Positions 51,831-62,859 of a stretch of DNA of 64,000 nucleotides are shown piece after piece. The first letter of the stretch is position 1, and each line of letters opens with the position of its first letter. Under the pieces are notes generated by a model. That model ran no database searches, was not told the DNA's origin, and saw only the letters and a list, made by a program, of their open reading frames with translations. The stretch is from an uncultured Candidatus Binatia bacterium (GTDB lineage Bacteria > Desulfobacterota > Binatia > Bin18): the NCBI GenBank assembly GCA_965200965.1, contig OZ241744.1:2880001-2944000 (forward strand), in the 5' to 3' direction. Position numbers and translations under genes: made by a program.

Positions 51831-51880
51831 CAATCAAGTTATGGTTGGAACGGTAGATTAGTCTGTCTCTGAGAAATGCA

Positions 51881-51933
51881 GGCTATCTGTCCGCTGCCGC
51901 AGCTTGGCCCGAGTACGGCCTCGTGCGGATGCC
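51881..51933 (+). repeat. Degenerate copy of the hydantoinase B 3' segment 47356-47409
   Basis: 42/54 identical by manual alignment; GYLSAAAAWPEYGLV versus GYVSVAAARAEYGLV. Confidence 0.75.
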
Positions 51934-52286
51934 TGGAATGAGAGAGAAAAAGAAGGCTGGGGGGCCACAAGAGAACCCGGCCTGGAGAACCTACTGGAAA
52001 CAGGGAGCCATGCGCCTAGTCACCTGCCTTAAGCACCCTGGTAAGACAAACGAATAAGGTGGGCGAAATATCGGGAATCAGTTCTGACCCAACTTGGGCT
52101 ACACCGGCTGAGGCAAACAGGCAGACTCCAAGCACGACAAGGCTGGTGCAACACGGCATAAGCGCTATTCTCTCTCCGATGTCCCGACGGGTCAATCTCG
52201 TTTTTGATGCGCCAGGGGCTGGGCCGGACACGCGTCCTTGACCTTCTTCCCCCACCAGGCTACGCCAGAGGAAGAGGGGGGAGGGG

Positions 52287-53432
52287 GTGCAGGATATCCA
52301 GGACCTTGACCTGCTCATGCTGAGCATGGGGGAGAAATTCCGGGCGGAGATTGTCCAGCCGATCGGACCACGCCCAACACGCCTGCCGGTTAAGCAGTCC
52401 TTTTCGCTGGCCGTGACGCACGCCTTTTTGGGCTTTCCCCAGCTCATGCGCAGGCGCACGCCCAGCCCCGAGCGTGTCGCTCGGCGGGGCAGGCGGCTGG
52501 GGGATACGGTTTCGCCCCTGTCGATCTGGATGCTGGGGTACTTCTTTCTGGTCGGACGGGAGGTTGTGCTCGATTTGGCACCCGAAACAGCCGACGCCCT
52601 CCAGGACAATGTTGCTGAGGTCCTGGAGTTCTGGCAGTGCCTGAGTGCGGCGCATCGGGGCGATGGGCATCTCGACAATAGCGACGCCGGCCTGACCAAC
52701 CGTTTTTTGCCAAAGGCGCTCGTTGAGCAGTTGTATCAGGGTTTGGTCCCGGCGGATGGGGAAATGCGCCGGCTGGTGGCGCGGTGTGCGGCGACGCTGG
52801 AAGCCTATCTGTTCGACCTGAACGCCGAGGCGCATGTGGGCCTTGCCGATTCCGGCCCCTACCCGCTGAGTACCGACCGGGTGCTGATTGTGCGGGACTT
52901 TTTCGATCTCAAAGGCCGCTTCTATCCCTGGCGAGAGACCGTGGCCGCGCTGCCGTATGCCAGTTGTTCCCTGGCCTTTACCCTGGACCCAGCCGATTTT
53001 CAGCGCATTGCTGTGCGTGACCGGGCGGCTCTGCTGACCTCTCCCCCGGATTATACCCGGCGGCTGCGTGAGATCGCCTTTGTGACGCATGACAGCGGTC
53101 GGCCGCGCCTGCTGCCTTTTACCGAAATGGATCGGCTCGTCCGTGCCGTCAAAAAGCTCCAGCCGCGTCTGGCCGCCTGGTTTGCCCGTCTGTCGCCCTA
53201 CGGCACTATTATCCACGGGGCTATGCCCTGGGTCCTGCGGCCCCTCTCGGTGATTGGCACGGCCGAAGACTGCTTTGACTGGCAGCCCGACCCCGAAGCG
53301 CTGCGTTTGCTCTCCTTGTACGCCGACGACGAGGCGCGGGCGGTGCGCTGGGCCAGCCACCGCTGCCTGGCCCCGGGCCGCCCGGCGTTTGTGTCAATCG
53401 GCGCGCGTTCGGCCGCGGGCAGGCGCGGGTAA
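52287..53432 (+). CDS. Conserved hypothetical protein
   Basis: 381-aa ORF with host-like codon bias; family-like motif YLF.LNAE..VGLADSGPY.L..DRVLIVRD. Confidence 0.75.
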   Translation: MQDIQDLDLLMLSMGEKFRAEIVQPIGPRPTRLPVKQSFSLAVTHAFLGFPQLMRRRTPSPERVARRGRRLGDTVSPLSIWMLGYFFLVGREVVLDLAPETADALQDNVAEVLEFWQCLSAAHRGDGHLDNSDAGLTNRFLPKALVEQLYQGLVPADGEMRRLVARCAATLEAYLFDLNAEAHVGLADSGPYPLSTDRVLIVRDFFDLKGRFYPWRETVAALPYASCSLAFTLDPADFQRIAVRDRAALLTSPPDYTRRLREIAFVTHDSGRPRLLPFTEMDRLVRAVKKLQPRLAAWFARLSPYGTIIHGAMPWVLRPLSVIGTAEDCFDWQPDPEALRLLSLYADDEARAVRWASHRCLAPGRPAFVSIGARSAAGRRG

Positions 53433-54343
53433 AAGTACAGCCGGGCCGGTACGCTGTCCCGCTCCTCGCTGACCGTATAATAGCCCGTCCCGTCGGCCTT
53501 CCAGCCCAGCGCTTCGCCCTGGGGCTCGGGCAGATAGGGCAGGGTGACAGGCCGGGCGGTGAGGGCTTGGTGGATGGTCTGACCGGGGCTCCGCGTCCAG
53601 TAGTACACCGCGCGGTAACTCTTGAGCAGAATCTCTGCGCCCGATGGGGAAATATCCCCGCCAACCAGCCAGGCGTCCTGAGCGGCGTGCTCATTCAGGG
53701 CCAAAGTGGCGACCCGCTCAAGCGTGATGGGAGCGGTGGTCAATTGGGGGGAGGCGGCGCGGTAGACACGCACCTGAGGCTCGCGTTTGGAGATGACGTA
53801 CAGGTCTTTTGTAATCGGATCGACCAGCAAGGTTTCTGCGTCGCGTTTGCCGTCCGGGTAGCGAAAGGAAATTGTCTCAATGTTGGACAGGGTTTGGCCA
53901 GCGGCCTGCCCAGCCCTGACCCGTGGTTCTGGCACACGGTGGATATATTTCAGATCACGTCGCGCCCGGTTATCGCCAATATCGCCGATATACAGGTAGG
54001 ACCGGCCGGCCTCGGGGCCTGGTCCGAGCGCAATATCTTCCCAGTCGTGGTTCTTGACACCGTTCAGCACATAGGTGCCGAGATGGACGCCCCGGGAGTT
54101 GAGCGCAAACACCCGGTTTGGCTGTCCAGAGTCATTATGGACCCAGAGCACCCCCGGATTTTTTTGACTGGCGACAATGCCCGAGGCTTCGCTGATGGGC
54201 GCGTGTTCAACCAGCCCCCTATCCACCCGCTCCCCGAAGCGAGGCGTGCCGCCGGCCGCCTGAGCAGCCCAGCCGGCCAGGACCAGACACGCCACACCGA
54301 CCAACAGCGGTGATGACCGCGCTCTCTGCCAGCAAGCTCGCAT
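53198..54343 (-). CDS. Secreted beta-propeller protein (SdiA-regulated/phytase-like)
   Basis: Signal peptide, EASGIVAS.KNPGVLWVHNDSG, DWEDIA, GDIGDN, DAETL, QGEAL, YTVSE. The last ~70 codons overlap the convergent gene. Confidence 0.8.
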   Translation of the reverse strand: MRACWQRARSSPLLVGVACLVLAGWAAQAAGGTPRFGERVDRGLVEHAPISEASGIVASQKNPGVLWVHNDSGQPNRVFALNSRGVHLGTYVLNGVKNHDWEDIALGPGPEAGRSYLYIGDIGDNRARRDLKYIHRVPEPRVRAGQAAGQTLSNIETISFRYPDGKRDAETLLVDPITKDLYVISKREPQVRVYRAASPQLTTAPITLERVATLALNEHAAQDAWLVGGDISPSGAEILLKSYRAVYYWTRSPGQTIHQALTARPVTLPYLPEPQGEALGWKADGTGYYTVSEERDSVPARLYFYPRLPAAERAPIDTNAGRPGARQRWLAQRTARASSSAYKESKRSASGSGCQSKQSSAVPITERGRRTQGIAPWIIVP

Positions 54344-54454
54344 CCTTGTCTTTATACCGCCGGGAGCGAAACACGGCTATGATGCACGGCCTTAGCCCCG
54401 AATGCCGTGTCTGATAGGATGACGCTATGCCCGGCTCGGAGTGCTGTAGCGTGA

Positions 54455-55372
54455 ATGCGAGAGGCCATGCTGCCCGCAGTCTTTACCCCCCAATTTCTGG
54501 CTCGCCTGGAAACCCTCCGGCTTCGGTCGCGGCGACAATTTGTCGGCAGTCGCCCGGGCCGACATATTTCGCCCCGCCGTGGGGCCGGGCTTGAGTTTGC
54601 CGACTATCGCCCCTACACCCCGGGCGATGATCTGCGCGCCATTGACTGGAAACTGTACTGCCGCACCGACCGTCATTACATCAAGCTCTTTCAGGCAGAA
54701 GAAGACCTGTACACCTCTCTGTTCCTCGACCTGAGCGCCTCAATGGCGTATCCGGTCGGCGATGAGAAGTATGCTGCGGCCCGCAACCTGACACTGGCCC
54801 TAGCCTATATCGTGCTGGCCGGGGATGATGCGGTCAAACTGCACGCCTTGACCAGCGATGAGACCGAGCCGGCCACGCCGTTTCTTCGCGGGCGGCGACG
54901 TTTTGTCCAACTGCACGATTTTTGTACCAGGCTCCAGCCCCGGGGCCAGCCGCATCCTCCGACCGCCCTGGCCGGCCACCTGCACGCCCTGCACCGTCCG
55001 GGGAAAGCGATCTGGGTGTCGGATTTCCTCTTTTCCATCGAGATGTTCCAGGCTTCGCTCAAGCTGCTGCGGGCGGCCAACTTTGACCTGTCGGTCATCC
55101 AGGTGTTGGGCAGGACCGAGACCGACCCGCCGCTCGTGCCGGCCGGGGCCCGCTTTGTGGACAGCGAGAGCGGTGGCTCGGCCCTGATCCGCTTTGACGC
55201 CCGGGCCAAAAAAGCCTATGTTGAGCGCCTGGAGCGTCACAGCCGAGCGTTGCGCAGTGCGTGTCATCAGGCCGGGGTGCGGTATGCGCAATTGGTGACT
55301 GGCGCGCAGGCACTTGGTGATGTTCACGATTTTGTCCTGCGCGAATTGCCGGCTCTGGGCGTGCTGCGCTAA
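54455..55372 (+). CDS. DUF58 domain protein (MoxR-associated)
   Basis: GLEFADYRPYTPGDDLRAIDWK, LDLSASM, SDF motifs. Confidence 0.92.
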   Translation: MREAMLPAVFTPQFLARLETLRLRSRRQFVGSRPGRHISPRRGAGLEFADYRPYTPGDDLRAIDWKLYCRTDRHYIKLFQAEEDLYTSLFLDLSASMAYPVGDEKYAAARNLTLALAYIVLAGDDAVKLHALTSDETEPATPFLRGRRRFVQLHDFCTRLQPRGQPHPPTALAGHLHALHRPGKAIWVSDFLFSIEMFQASLKLLRAANFDLSVIQVLGRTETDPPLVPAGARFVDSESGGSALIRFDARAKKAYVERLERHSRALRSACHQAGVRYAQLVTGAQALGDVHDFVLRELPALGVLR

Positions 55373-55392
55373 GGGGTCGCTGGGTCAAACCT

Positions 55393-57288
55393 ATGGACTT
55401 CTCATTGCTGTCGGTGTCGTCCGCGGCCCCCCTGTTGCTGGCGCTGCCGGCCTTGCTCCTGCCCTATCTCTTCCGTCGGCGGGCCAGGCGGGTCGTTGTC
55501 CCCGGCCTGTTTCTGTACGAAGGTCTGGCCGCCGCGGCCACACAAGGGCTGTGGGGCCGCTTACAGCTCGCGCCCCTGTTCCTCCTCCAACTGCTGATTC
55601 TCTTGCTGTTGATTCTGAGCGCAGCCCGTCCGGTCGTCCACAGCCGCGGCGGCTCGGTCGCCCTGGTTCTTGATACCTCTGCCAGTATGCAGGCGCGTGG
55701 GCCTGACGGAACCACGCGCGTGTTTGAGCTGGCCAAGCAAGAGCTGTGGTCCAGCGTGCAGACGACCCCCGATGGAGAACGTATCGGGCTGTTTACCTCT
55801 GCTCCCTCGCCAAAAAAGATCGCGGAGAGCATCTCGGGCCGCGGCTGGTCATCGGCACTCTTTTCCCCAGGTGGTCCACCGTTTGAATCGGAGTCTTCTC
55901 TGCGCCGGTTGCTCGAACGTATTGAGGCAAGCGATACCCCCGACCCGAGCGACGAGGTCTTGTCCGTGTTTTTTACCCAGCTCTTCGCCGAGGAGGGCTT
56001 TCGGCACCTGGTGTTCTTTACCGATAGACCCCTGGCCTTGTCAGCCCAGGCGCACATCTCGGTGGTGCAGCTTGGCGAACCCGGCCCGAACCTCGGCATC
56101 ACCGGCTTTCGCCTGTACCGCAGCCCCTTTTTTCCCGACACGGTTGAGGCCACGTTGCGGGTCGAGGGCGTCGCCCCCACGCAGGGCTGGCGGGTCGGCA
56201 TTGAAGATGCTGAGACCGGTCAGCAACTCCGGTCGCTGGCGGCGAGCGCCGACCAAGAGACCTTTTCTTTTACCGACTTGCCCGTGGCGCGCAGCTACCG
56301 GGCGCGGCTGTTGATCGAAGACGATCTTGGCCTCGATAATGAGGCCTATGCTGTCCTGCCCCCACCGAGGGCGGTATCGGGGCTGCTGGTCACGCCGTTG
56401 CCCGCCCGCGCTTCTGGTCTGTCCCAGATTCCTTCTCTCAGGCTTGAGCAGCTCAGCCCCCACGACTATCGCCCGGAGATGGCCGCCCGTTTTCCGTTTG
56501 TGCTTTTTCACCTGACCGCGCCGGCGAGTCTGCCGTCGAGCAATGCCGCTTTTGTATTGCCGCCCGAGGGCAATGCCGTCTTCCCCTTAGGCCGGTCGGC
56601 CACCGAACCTGACATGACCCGCTGGACGGTCGGCCACCCGCTGGTGAGCTATGTGCATATTCCGCTCTTGAAGCCCGCCTTTGGCCAGGCCCTCTCGCCG
56701 CCGGCCTGGAGCAAAACGGTCGTTCACGCCACACCCGGACCACTGATCCTGGCCGGCGAACGACGCGGCTATCGCTACGCCGCGGTCGGGTTTGACCTGT
56801 TGCCCTACCTTGGCCGGCAGAATTTGCCGGTCTCAATTCTGACCCTGAATCTGCTGAGTTGGCTGGTCGGTCAGGCCGGCCTGCCGCCCAGCCTGAAAAC
56901 CGGAACCAGCCTGACCCTGGGTGGACCCTCCCCCCAGGTCTCCGGGCCAGCCAGCCAGCCCCTGCCCGTTGCCGGCCACAGTCTGCGCCTGCTCAAGCAG
57001 GGGGTATATCGCGTCACCGAGTATGGACAGCCGCGCCGCCTGGCCGTCAATCTCAGCAGTGCCGAGGAATCCCGCCTCGGACGGCCCTTGCGGCTGGCCG
57101 TGCCCGCGCCGCTCAGGTCGGAGCAAACGGCCCAGCGTCCGGTCTGGCCGTGGCTTATCGTTGCCGTGGTGCTGCTCGTCTGCCTCGAACGCTGGCTTGG
57201 CACAAAGAAGAATCGTCTTTCCCGGTCAAGAGGCAGACACGCCGCTTCCTCTGTGCCGGAAGAAGCCAGCAGCGCAGCCTGGGAATGA
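55393..57288 (+). CDS. BatA N-terminal / vWA domain membrane protein
   Basis: N-terminal double TM, LVLDTSASM MIDAS, DDLGLDN, AVN..S.EES, C-terminal TM with LERW. Confidence 0.85.
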   Translation: MDFSLLSVSSAAPLLLALPALLLPYLFRRRARRVVVPGLFLYEGLAAAATQGLWGRLQLAPLFLLQLLILLLLILSAARPVVHSRGGSVALVLDTSASMQARGPDGTTRVFELAKQELWSSVQTTPDGERIGLFTSAPSPKKIAESISGRGWSSALFSPGGPPFESESSLRRLLERIEASDTPDPSDEVLSVFFTQLFAEEGFRHLVFFTDRPLALSAQAHISVVQLGEPGPNLGITGFRLYRSPFFPDTVEATLRVEGVAPTQGWRVGIEDAETGQQLRSLAASADQETFSFTDLPVARSYRARLLIEDDLGLDNEAYAVLPPPRAVSGLLVTPLPARASGLSQIPSLRLEQLSPHDYRPEMAARFPFVLFHLTAPASLPSSNAAFVLPPEGNAVFPLGRSATEPDMTRWTVGHPLVSYVHIPLLKPAFGQALSPPAWSKTVVHATPGPLILAGERRGYRYAAVGFDLLPYLGRQNLPVSILTLNLLSWLVGQAGLPPSLKTGTSLTLGGPSPQVSGPASQPLPVAGHSLRLLKQGVYRVTEYGQPRRLAVNLSSAEESRLGRPLRLAVPAPLRSEQTAQRPVWPWLIVAVVLLVCLERWLGTKKNRLSRSRGRHAASSVPEEASSAAWE

Positions 57289-57291
57289 GGG

Positions 57292-60018
57292 ATGGATACC
57301 GCTTCTCCACCTCTCTCCTGGTTGCTGTTTTGGCTGCCGTCCTGGCCGCCGTCGTTTGCCTTTGAGCGGCCTGAGTTTTTGTGGCTGTTTGCCGGACTGC
57401 CCCTGCTGTGGCTGGTGCAGTGGTCTCGGGCCGGGTTTATCAGCCTGGTGCTGCACTCTGTGCTGGTGGGGGTGTTGATTCTGTGTGCGGCCGGCTGGTC
57501 TGGCCTGCGGCCAGCAGCAGCCGGCGCGCGGCTGCTGCTGGCCTTTGACGTGTCACACAGCCTGACGCCCGACCAACGCCGCTGGATGCGGGAGACCGCG
57601 GTCCGGCAGTTCGCGCCAACACCCGACACGCCGACCCTGCTGTTCGCCGGCCGCGGCCAGTGGCTACCGTGGAGCCAAGCCGAGCCCTTGCTGCTCGCCC
57701 CGCCCCCACGCTTACAGCTTGAAGAGACGAACCTGGCCGGCGCGCTGACCAGCCTTTTAGGCGAGAGTCCGGAGCAAGTGAACGGGTCATCAGATCGAGA
57801 GGAAGGCGACACGTTCACTCCTCGCGGCAGACACACCGCTTCCTCTGTGACGATCTACCTGCTGAGCGACGGCTGGGAGACAGTCGGCTCGGCCGCCCCG
57901 CTCCTGCCCCTCCTGGCCGAACGGCGACACCGCCTCTATCCGTTTGCTCCGCCGGGTGCCGAATCAGCTCCGAATATCGCTATCCAGCGTATCGGTGCCC
58001 CGCGCATAGCGCAAAAGGGAGACACCGTAGCCCTGAGCCTGGTCCTCGACAACAGCAACCCCCGCCCGGTGCGGGGAGAACTGGCGTTGCGACACCACGG
58101 CCGGCCGGTGTGGCAGGGGCAGGTCAGCCTGTCCCCTGGTGTTTCCCTGTTGACCCGCCGGGTCAGCCTGTCCGAAGACGGTCTGGTTCCACTCCAGGCG
58201 ACTTTCACCCCAGCGGCCGGCGTACCGGACGCCCACCCGGATGATAACCGGGCGGTGGCCTGGGTTCAGGTCGGCACAGCCGATACGGTCTTATTGCTCA
58301 GCGCCCGGGAGCGCGACAACCGCTATCTGCGCCAGGTGCTGGGCACGCGCGGCTTTACGGTTGAGGCCGTGGATGTCTCTGCTCCTTCAACAGTGGCACC
58401 GGCCCCAGAGTCGTTCGGCGCGGTCGTCCTGAATAATGTGGACAAGAACAGCCTGCCGTCGGCCCTGCTGACCCGTCTGCCGACCTATGTGCATAACGGT
58501 GGGGGTCTCATCATGGTCGGCGGCGAAGCGAGCCTGGGGCTGGGCGGCTACACCGGCACGCCGGTTGAGCACGCCCTGCCGGTGTCTCTGACGCCGCCCC
58601 AAAAAGAACAAAAGCGGACGGCCCTGATGCTGGTGATTGATACATCGGGCAGTATGCGCCGTGAACAGCGGCTGCTGTTCGCCAAAGCCGGCGTGCGTGG
58701 CGTGGCCCGCAACCTGAAGGAGAGCGACCTGTTGGGCGTCATTGGCTTTGATACCGAGCCGTTTGCCGTCATTCCGCTGAACGAGTTGGGCCAGATTCAC
58801 CCCGACCTGGAGTCGCGGATCGACAGGCTCACCGCGGCCGGCGGGACCTCCCTCTTGCCCGCTCTCGAAGAGGCCAAACGCCACCTGGAGCGTCAAGACG
58901 CCACCCGCAAGCATATCGTTATCCTCACCGACGGCGAAACCGGCGGCAGTGGCAGCGATTATCTCGACCTCGTCGCGGTCATGCGCCAGGAACTCAACAT
59001 GACCATCTCGACCATTGCGGTTGGACGCCGGCCTAATCTGCGCCTGCTGTCGCGTCTAGCCGCTTACGGGGGTGGGGCTTTCCACCATACCACCGACCCG
59101 GCGAGCCTGCCCGAGTTGTTTATCGGTGAGCTGGAGGAAAAAGCCGAAGAAAAGACCATGATCGAGGCAGACCTCACCCCCGTCCCCAACCCGCGCTCGC
59201 CCCTCCTCACCGACTCGGCCAAGCGTCGGCTGCCGCAGGTCAAGGGCTATGTTGAGGCGCGGCTCAAGCCCGGTGCCCGCGGCGATGTGTTGCTACGGGT
59301 GAACGGTACATCACCGCCCTTGCTCGCCTCGTGGTCATACGGGCAGGGCCGAGCCGTGGCCTTTACCTCCGACGCCAACGGCCGATGGTCGGCACCGTGG
59401 ATCGGTTGGGACGGTTTCGGTGCCTTTTGGGAACAGGTCGTCCGCTGGAGCCTCCACAGCACGGACAGCGGGGCAAAGAAGACCGATTTTACGGTCGAAC
59501 TCGGCCACACCGACCAGGGGCTGGTCATTGATCTCTTCTCGCACGCCGACCAGGAACGTGGCCGAGCGGCTTTTGCCGAACTCTGGCTGCCGAGCGGTAC
59601 GACCCGCGGGCTGTCTTTGGAGCGGCTGGCACCGGGTCACTACCAGGGGGTATATCCCGACCCCCAGCCGGGCGACTACCGGATCGAAGTGCGCCTGCCG
59701 TCGGGCGAAACGCTGGGCCCGTTGGGCTATACCGTGCCAGCCCTGGGCCGGGGAGAAGTCCCCCGGCCCCAACCGAACCTGGTCCTGCTGGAAACCCTCG
59801 CCCAGGCCACCGGCGGGAGTCTCAATCCAGATCCCAGCGATGTTGTTCACCGAGGCCGGAACATGTCATCAGATCGAACGGAAGGCGACACCTTCCGGCC
59901 TTCGGTCAGTCCGCTCCGGCCCCAGCCCTTTTTGCCGTATCTGATACCGCTGGCCATCGGGCTGTATGTGCTGGAGTTGCTGGCCCGGCGCATGGCCGAG
60001 GAGCCGTCCGGGCGCTAG
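57292..60018 (+). CDS. vWA plus glutamine-amidotransferase-like membrane protein
   Basis: DVSHS, LLSDG, GGGLIMVGG..S.G.GGY, VIDTSGSM, ILTDG, YGQGRAVAFTSD motifs. Confidence 0.88.
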   Translation: MDTASPPLSWLLFWLPSWPPSFAFERPEFLWLFAGLPLLWLVQWSRAGFISLVLHSVLVGVLILCAAGWSGLRPAAAGARLLLAFDVSHSLTPDQRRWMRETAVRQFAPTPDTPTLLFAGRGQWLPWSQAEPLLLAPPPRLQLEETNLAGALTSLLGESPEQVNGSSDREEGDTFTPRGRHTASSVTIYLLSDGWETVGSAAPLLPLLAERRHRLYPFAPPGAESAPNIAIQRIGAPRIAQKGDTVALSLVLDNSNPRPVRGELALRHHGRPVWQGQVSLSPGVSLLTRRVSLSEDGLVPLQATFTPAAGVPDAHPDDNRAVAWVQVGTADTVLLLSARERDNRYLRQVLGTRGFTVEAVDVSAPSTVAPAPESFGAVVLNNVDKNSLPSALLTRLPTYVHNGGGLIMVGGEASLGLGGYTGTPVEHALPVSLTPPQKEQKRTALMLVIDTSGSMRREQRLLFAKAGVRGVARNLKESDLLGVIGFDTEPFAVIPLNELGQIHPDLESRIDRLTAAGGTSLLPALEEAKRHLERQDATRKHIVILTDGETGGSGSDYLDLVAVMRQELNMTISTIAVGRRPNLRLLSRLAAYGGGAFHHTTDPASLPELFIGELEEKAEEKTMIEADLTPVPNPRSPLLTDSAKRRLPQVKGYVEARLKPGARGDVLLRVNGTSPPLLASWSYGQGRAVAFTSDANGRWSAPWIGWDGFGAFWEQVVRWSLHSTDSGAKKTDFTVELGHTDQGLVIDLFSHADQERGRAAFAELWLPSGTTRGLSLERLAPGHYQGVYPDPQPGDYRIEVRLPSGETLGPLGYTVPALGRGEVPRPQPNLVLLETLAQATGGSLNPDPSDVVHRGRNMSSDRTEGDTFRPSVSPLRPQPFLPYLIPLAIGLYVLELLARRMAEEPSGR
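57772..57823. repeat. Hairpin repeat copy A (in-frame in vWA gene)
   Basis: agtgaacgggtc-ATCAGATCGAGAGGAAGGC-gacacgttcact. Confidence 0.85.
57826..57849. repeat. Second motif GGCAGACACRCCGCTTCCTCTGTG (other copy near 57232-57255)
   Basis: 23/24 identical pair, both inside ORFs (RGRHTASSV / RGRHAASSV). Confidence 0.75.
59849..59906. repeat. Hairpin repeat copy B (in-frame in vWA gene)
   Basis: accgaggccggaacatgtc-ATCAGATCGAACGGAAGGC-gacaccttccggccttcggt. Confidence 0.85.
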
Positions 60019-60032
60019 GCGTGCCGCCGGCC

Positions 60033-61691
<1,659 letters not shown>

Positions 61692-61705
61692 GTTGTGTGT
61701 TCAGA

Positions 61706-61756
61706 AAGGAGCGAACGTGTCATCAGCCCGAGAGGAAGGCGACACGTTCACTCCTT
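61706..61756. repeat. Hairpin repeat copy C (intergenic)
   Basis: aaggagcgaacgtgtc-ATCAGCCCGAGAGGAAGGC-gacacgttcactcctt; 15/16-bp stem. Confidence 0.88.
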
Positions 61757-61779
61757 GGGCGCGTGGAGTCAGAAAAGGG

Positions 61780-62214
61780 TCACAGCAGCTCAATCTTTTG
61801 AACGCTGCAGATGTGACCGAAATCCCTGAGATTGAATGTCAGCATTGCGTCTATGCGGACATTTGTATCCGCAAGGATTGCACACAGTACTGAATCCACA
61901 AGGCTCATGGGCTTGCGTTGTGTTCTCGCTCGTGTAAGCGCGTCCTCATAGGCTTCAAGTCGATACGGGCAATCATTGAGAAACTCTGTCCCGGGCGCAC
62001 GCATGAGGCTTTCAAACCGGGCAATCGTCTCTGGTCGTCCAGTGAATCGCGTGTTGATGGTCTCGTACAGAATTGGCCACGGCATGATAACAGCAAGCTT
62101 TTCCAGCCATTCCTGTTTTTCACACGCGGCGGCGTGATGCTGATCTCTCTCGTTAAAGAGGGCAAAAAAGAAACCGGAGTCAACCAGAAGCGTGTTATTG
62201 GAAGTCCTGCTCAT
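61780..62214 (-). CDS. PIN domain (VapC-like) protein
   Basis: LLVDSGFF.A...RDQHH, ILYET, SLVDS, LTFN..DF motifs. Confidence 0.88.
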   Translation of the reverse strand: MSRTSNNTLLVDSGFFFALFNERDQHHAAACEKQEWLEKLAVIMPWPILYETINTRFTGRPETIARFESLMRAPGTEFLNDCPYRLEAYEDALTRARTQRKPMSLVDSVLCAILADTNVRIDAMLTFNLRDFGHICSVQKIELL

Positions 62215-62518
62215 CGTCGTGCTCCTCGCCGGTTCCATATCCGTCCCAGGGGGCGCTTTTACGCCTTCCGATGATGTAGCGACCTTTGAGTCTGTTTTTA
62301 TCCCGGTACACCAGATAGACCCGCGAGCGTTTGTTCAGCGAGACCGCCTCTGCTATCTCGGTCTTGAGAGCTTCGGCTATGTCTCCGTCACAGGAAAACT
62401 GGAAACACGCGACGCTGCTCCCGCACTCTTTTGCCCGGTGGTCGTCAAGCCAGGCGTACATGCCTTCGTAATCGCCTGACACGCCCAGATCGAAAGATAG
62501 CCAGATTAACCTTTCCAC
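62195..62518 (-). CDS. Small hypothetical protein, possible VapD/Cas2-like ferredoxin fold
   Basis: IWLSFDL...Y...L...ECGSSVA pattern, acidic tail, AAGGAG RBS; overlaps the PIN start by 20 bp. Confidence 0.7.
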   Translation of the reverse strand: MERLIWLSFDLGVSGDYEGMYAWLDDHRAKECGSSVACFQFSCDGDIAEALKTEIAEAVSLNKRSRVYLVYRDKNRLKGRYIIGRRKSAPWDGYGTGEEHDDEQDFQ

Positions 62519-62553
62519 AGGCTTCTCCTTTTAGCGCTTTCGTCATCGCCGAC

Positions 62554-62859
62554 TCAATTCTTTCTTATGGCATAGCTCTTCCAGTTGGGCACATGCGCCG
62601 TCAGCAGGGCCTTGAAGAGCCGACCGTGGTTGGGAACACGCAGGTGCAGCAGCTCATGGGCAATGACGAAATCCTGGAATCCCGTTTCCTGAGCGGCCAA
62701 GTCGGCGGCGAAGGTGACAATTCCCGAGCGTGAGCAAGACCCCCATTTCCGCCTCATGGGCTGAACCCGCACCTGCCGCGGCCGGACGCGCAAGCGCCAC
62801 GCCCAGCATGCAGCGCGGGCGCGGAGGCTCTGGCCCCGGTCTGTGTCAGGTGCCGGCAT
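62554..62859 (-). CDS. Short M48/YgjP-like metallopeptidase domain protein
   Basis: [24 protein letters not shown] motifs. Confidence 0.85.
   Translation of the reverse strand: MPAPDTDRGQSLRARAACWAWRLRVRPRQVRVQPMRRKWGSCSRSGIVTFAADLAAQETGFQDFVIAHELLHLRVPNHGRLFKALLTAHVPNWKSYAIRKN

Noticed and set aside
51940-52260. Short signal-peptide-like minus-strand ORF at the island edge
   Set aside because: Under 50 codons and no family evidence; probably debris.
57786-57810. SRP RNA (4.5S) helix 8
   Set aside because: Partial resemblance (CAG...GGAAG) only; lacks AGCAG and the long helix, and lies in-frame in an ORF.
54455-60018. Missing MoxR ATPase as a novel feature
   Set aside because: MoxR is often encoded elsewhere; cannot be judged from one window.
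61706-61756. Hammerhead ribozyme (CTGATGA on the minus strand of the hairpin repeats)
   Set aside because: No GAAA core or three-stem junction.
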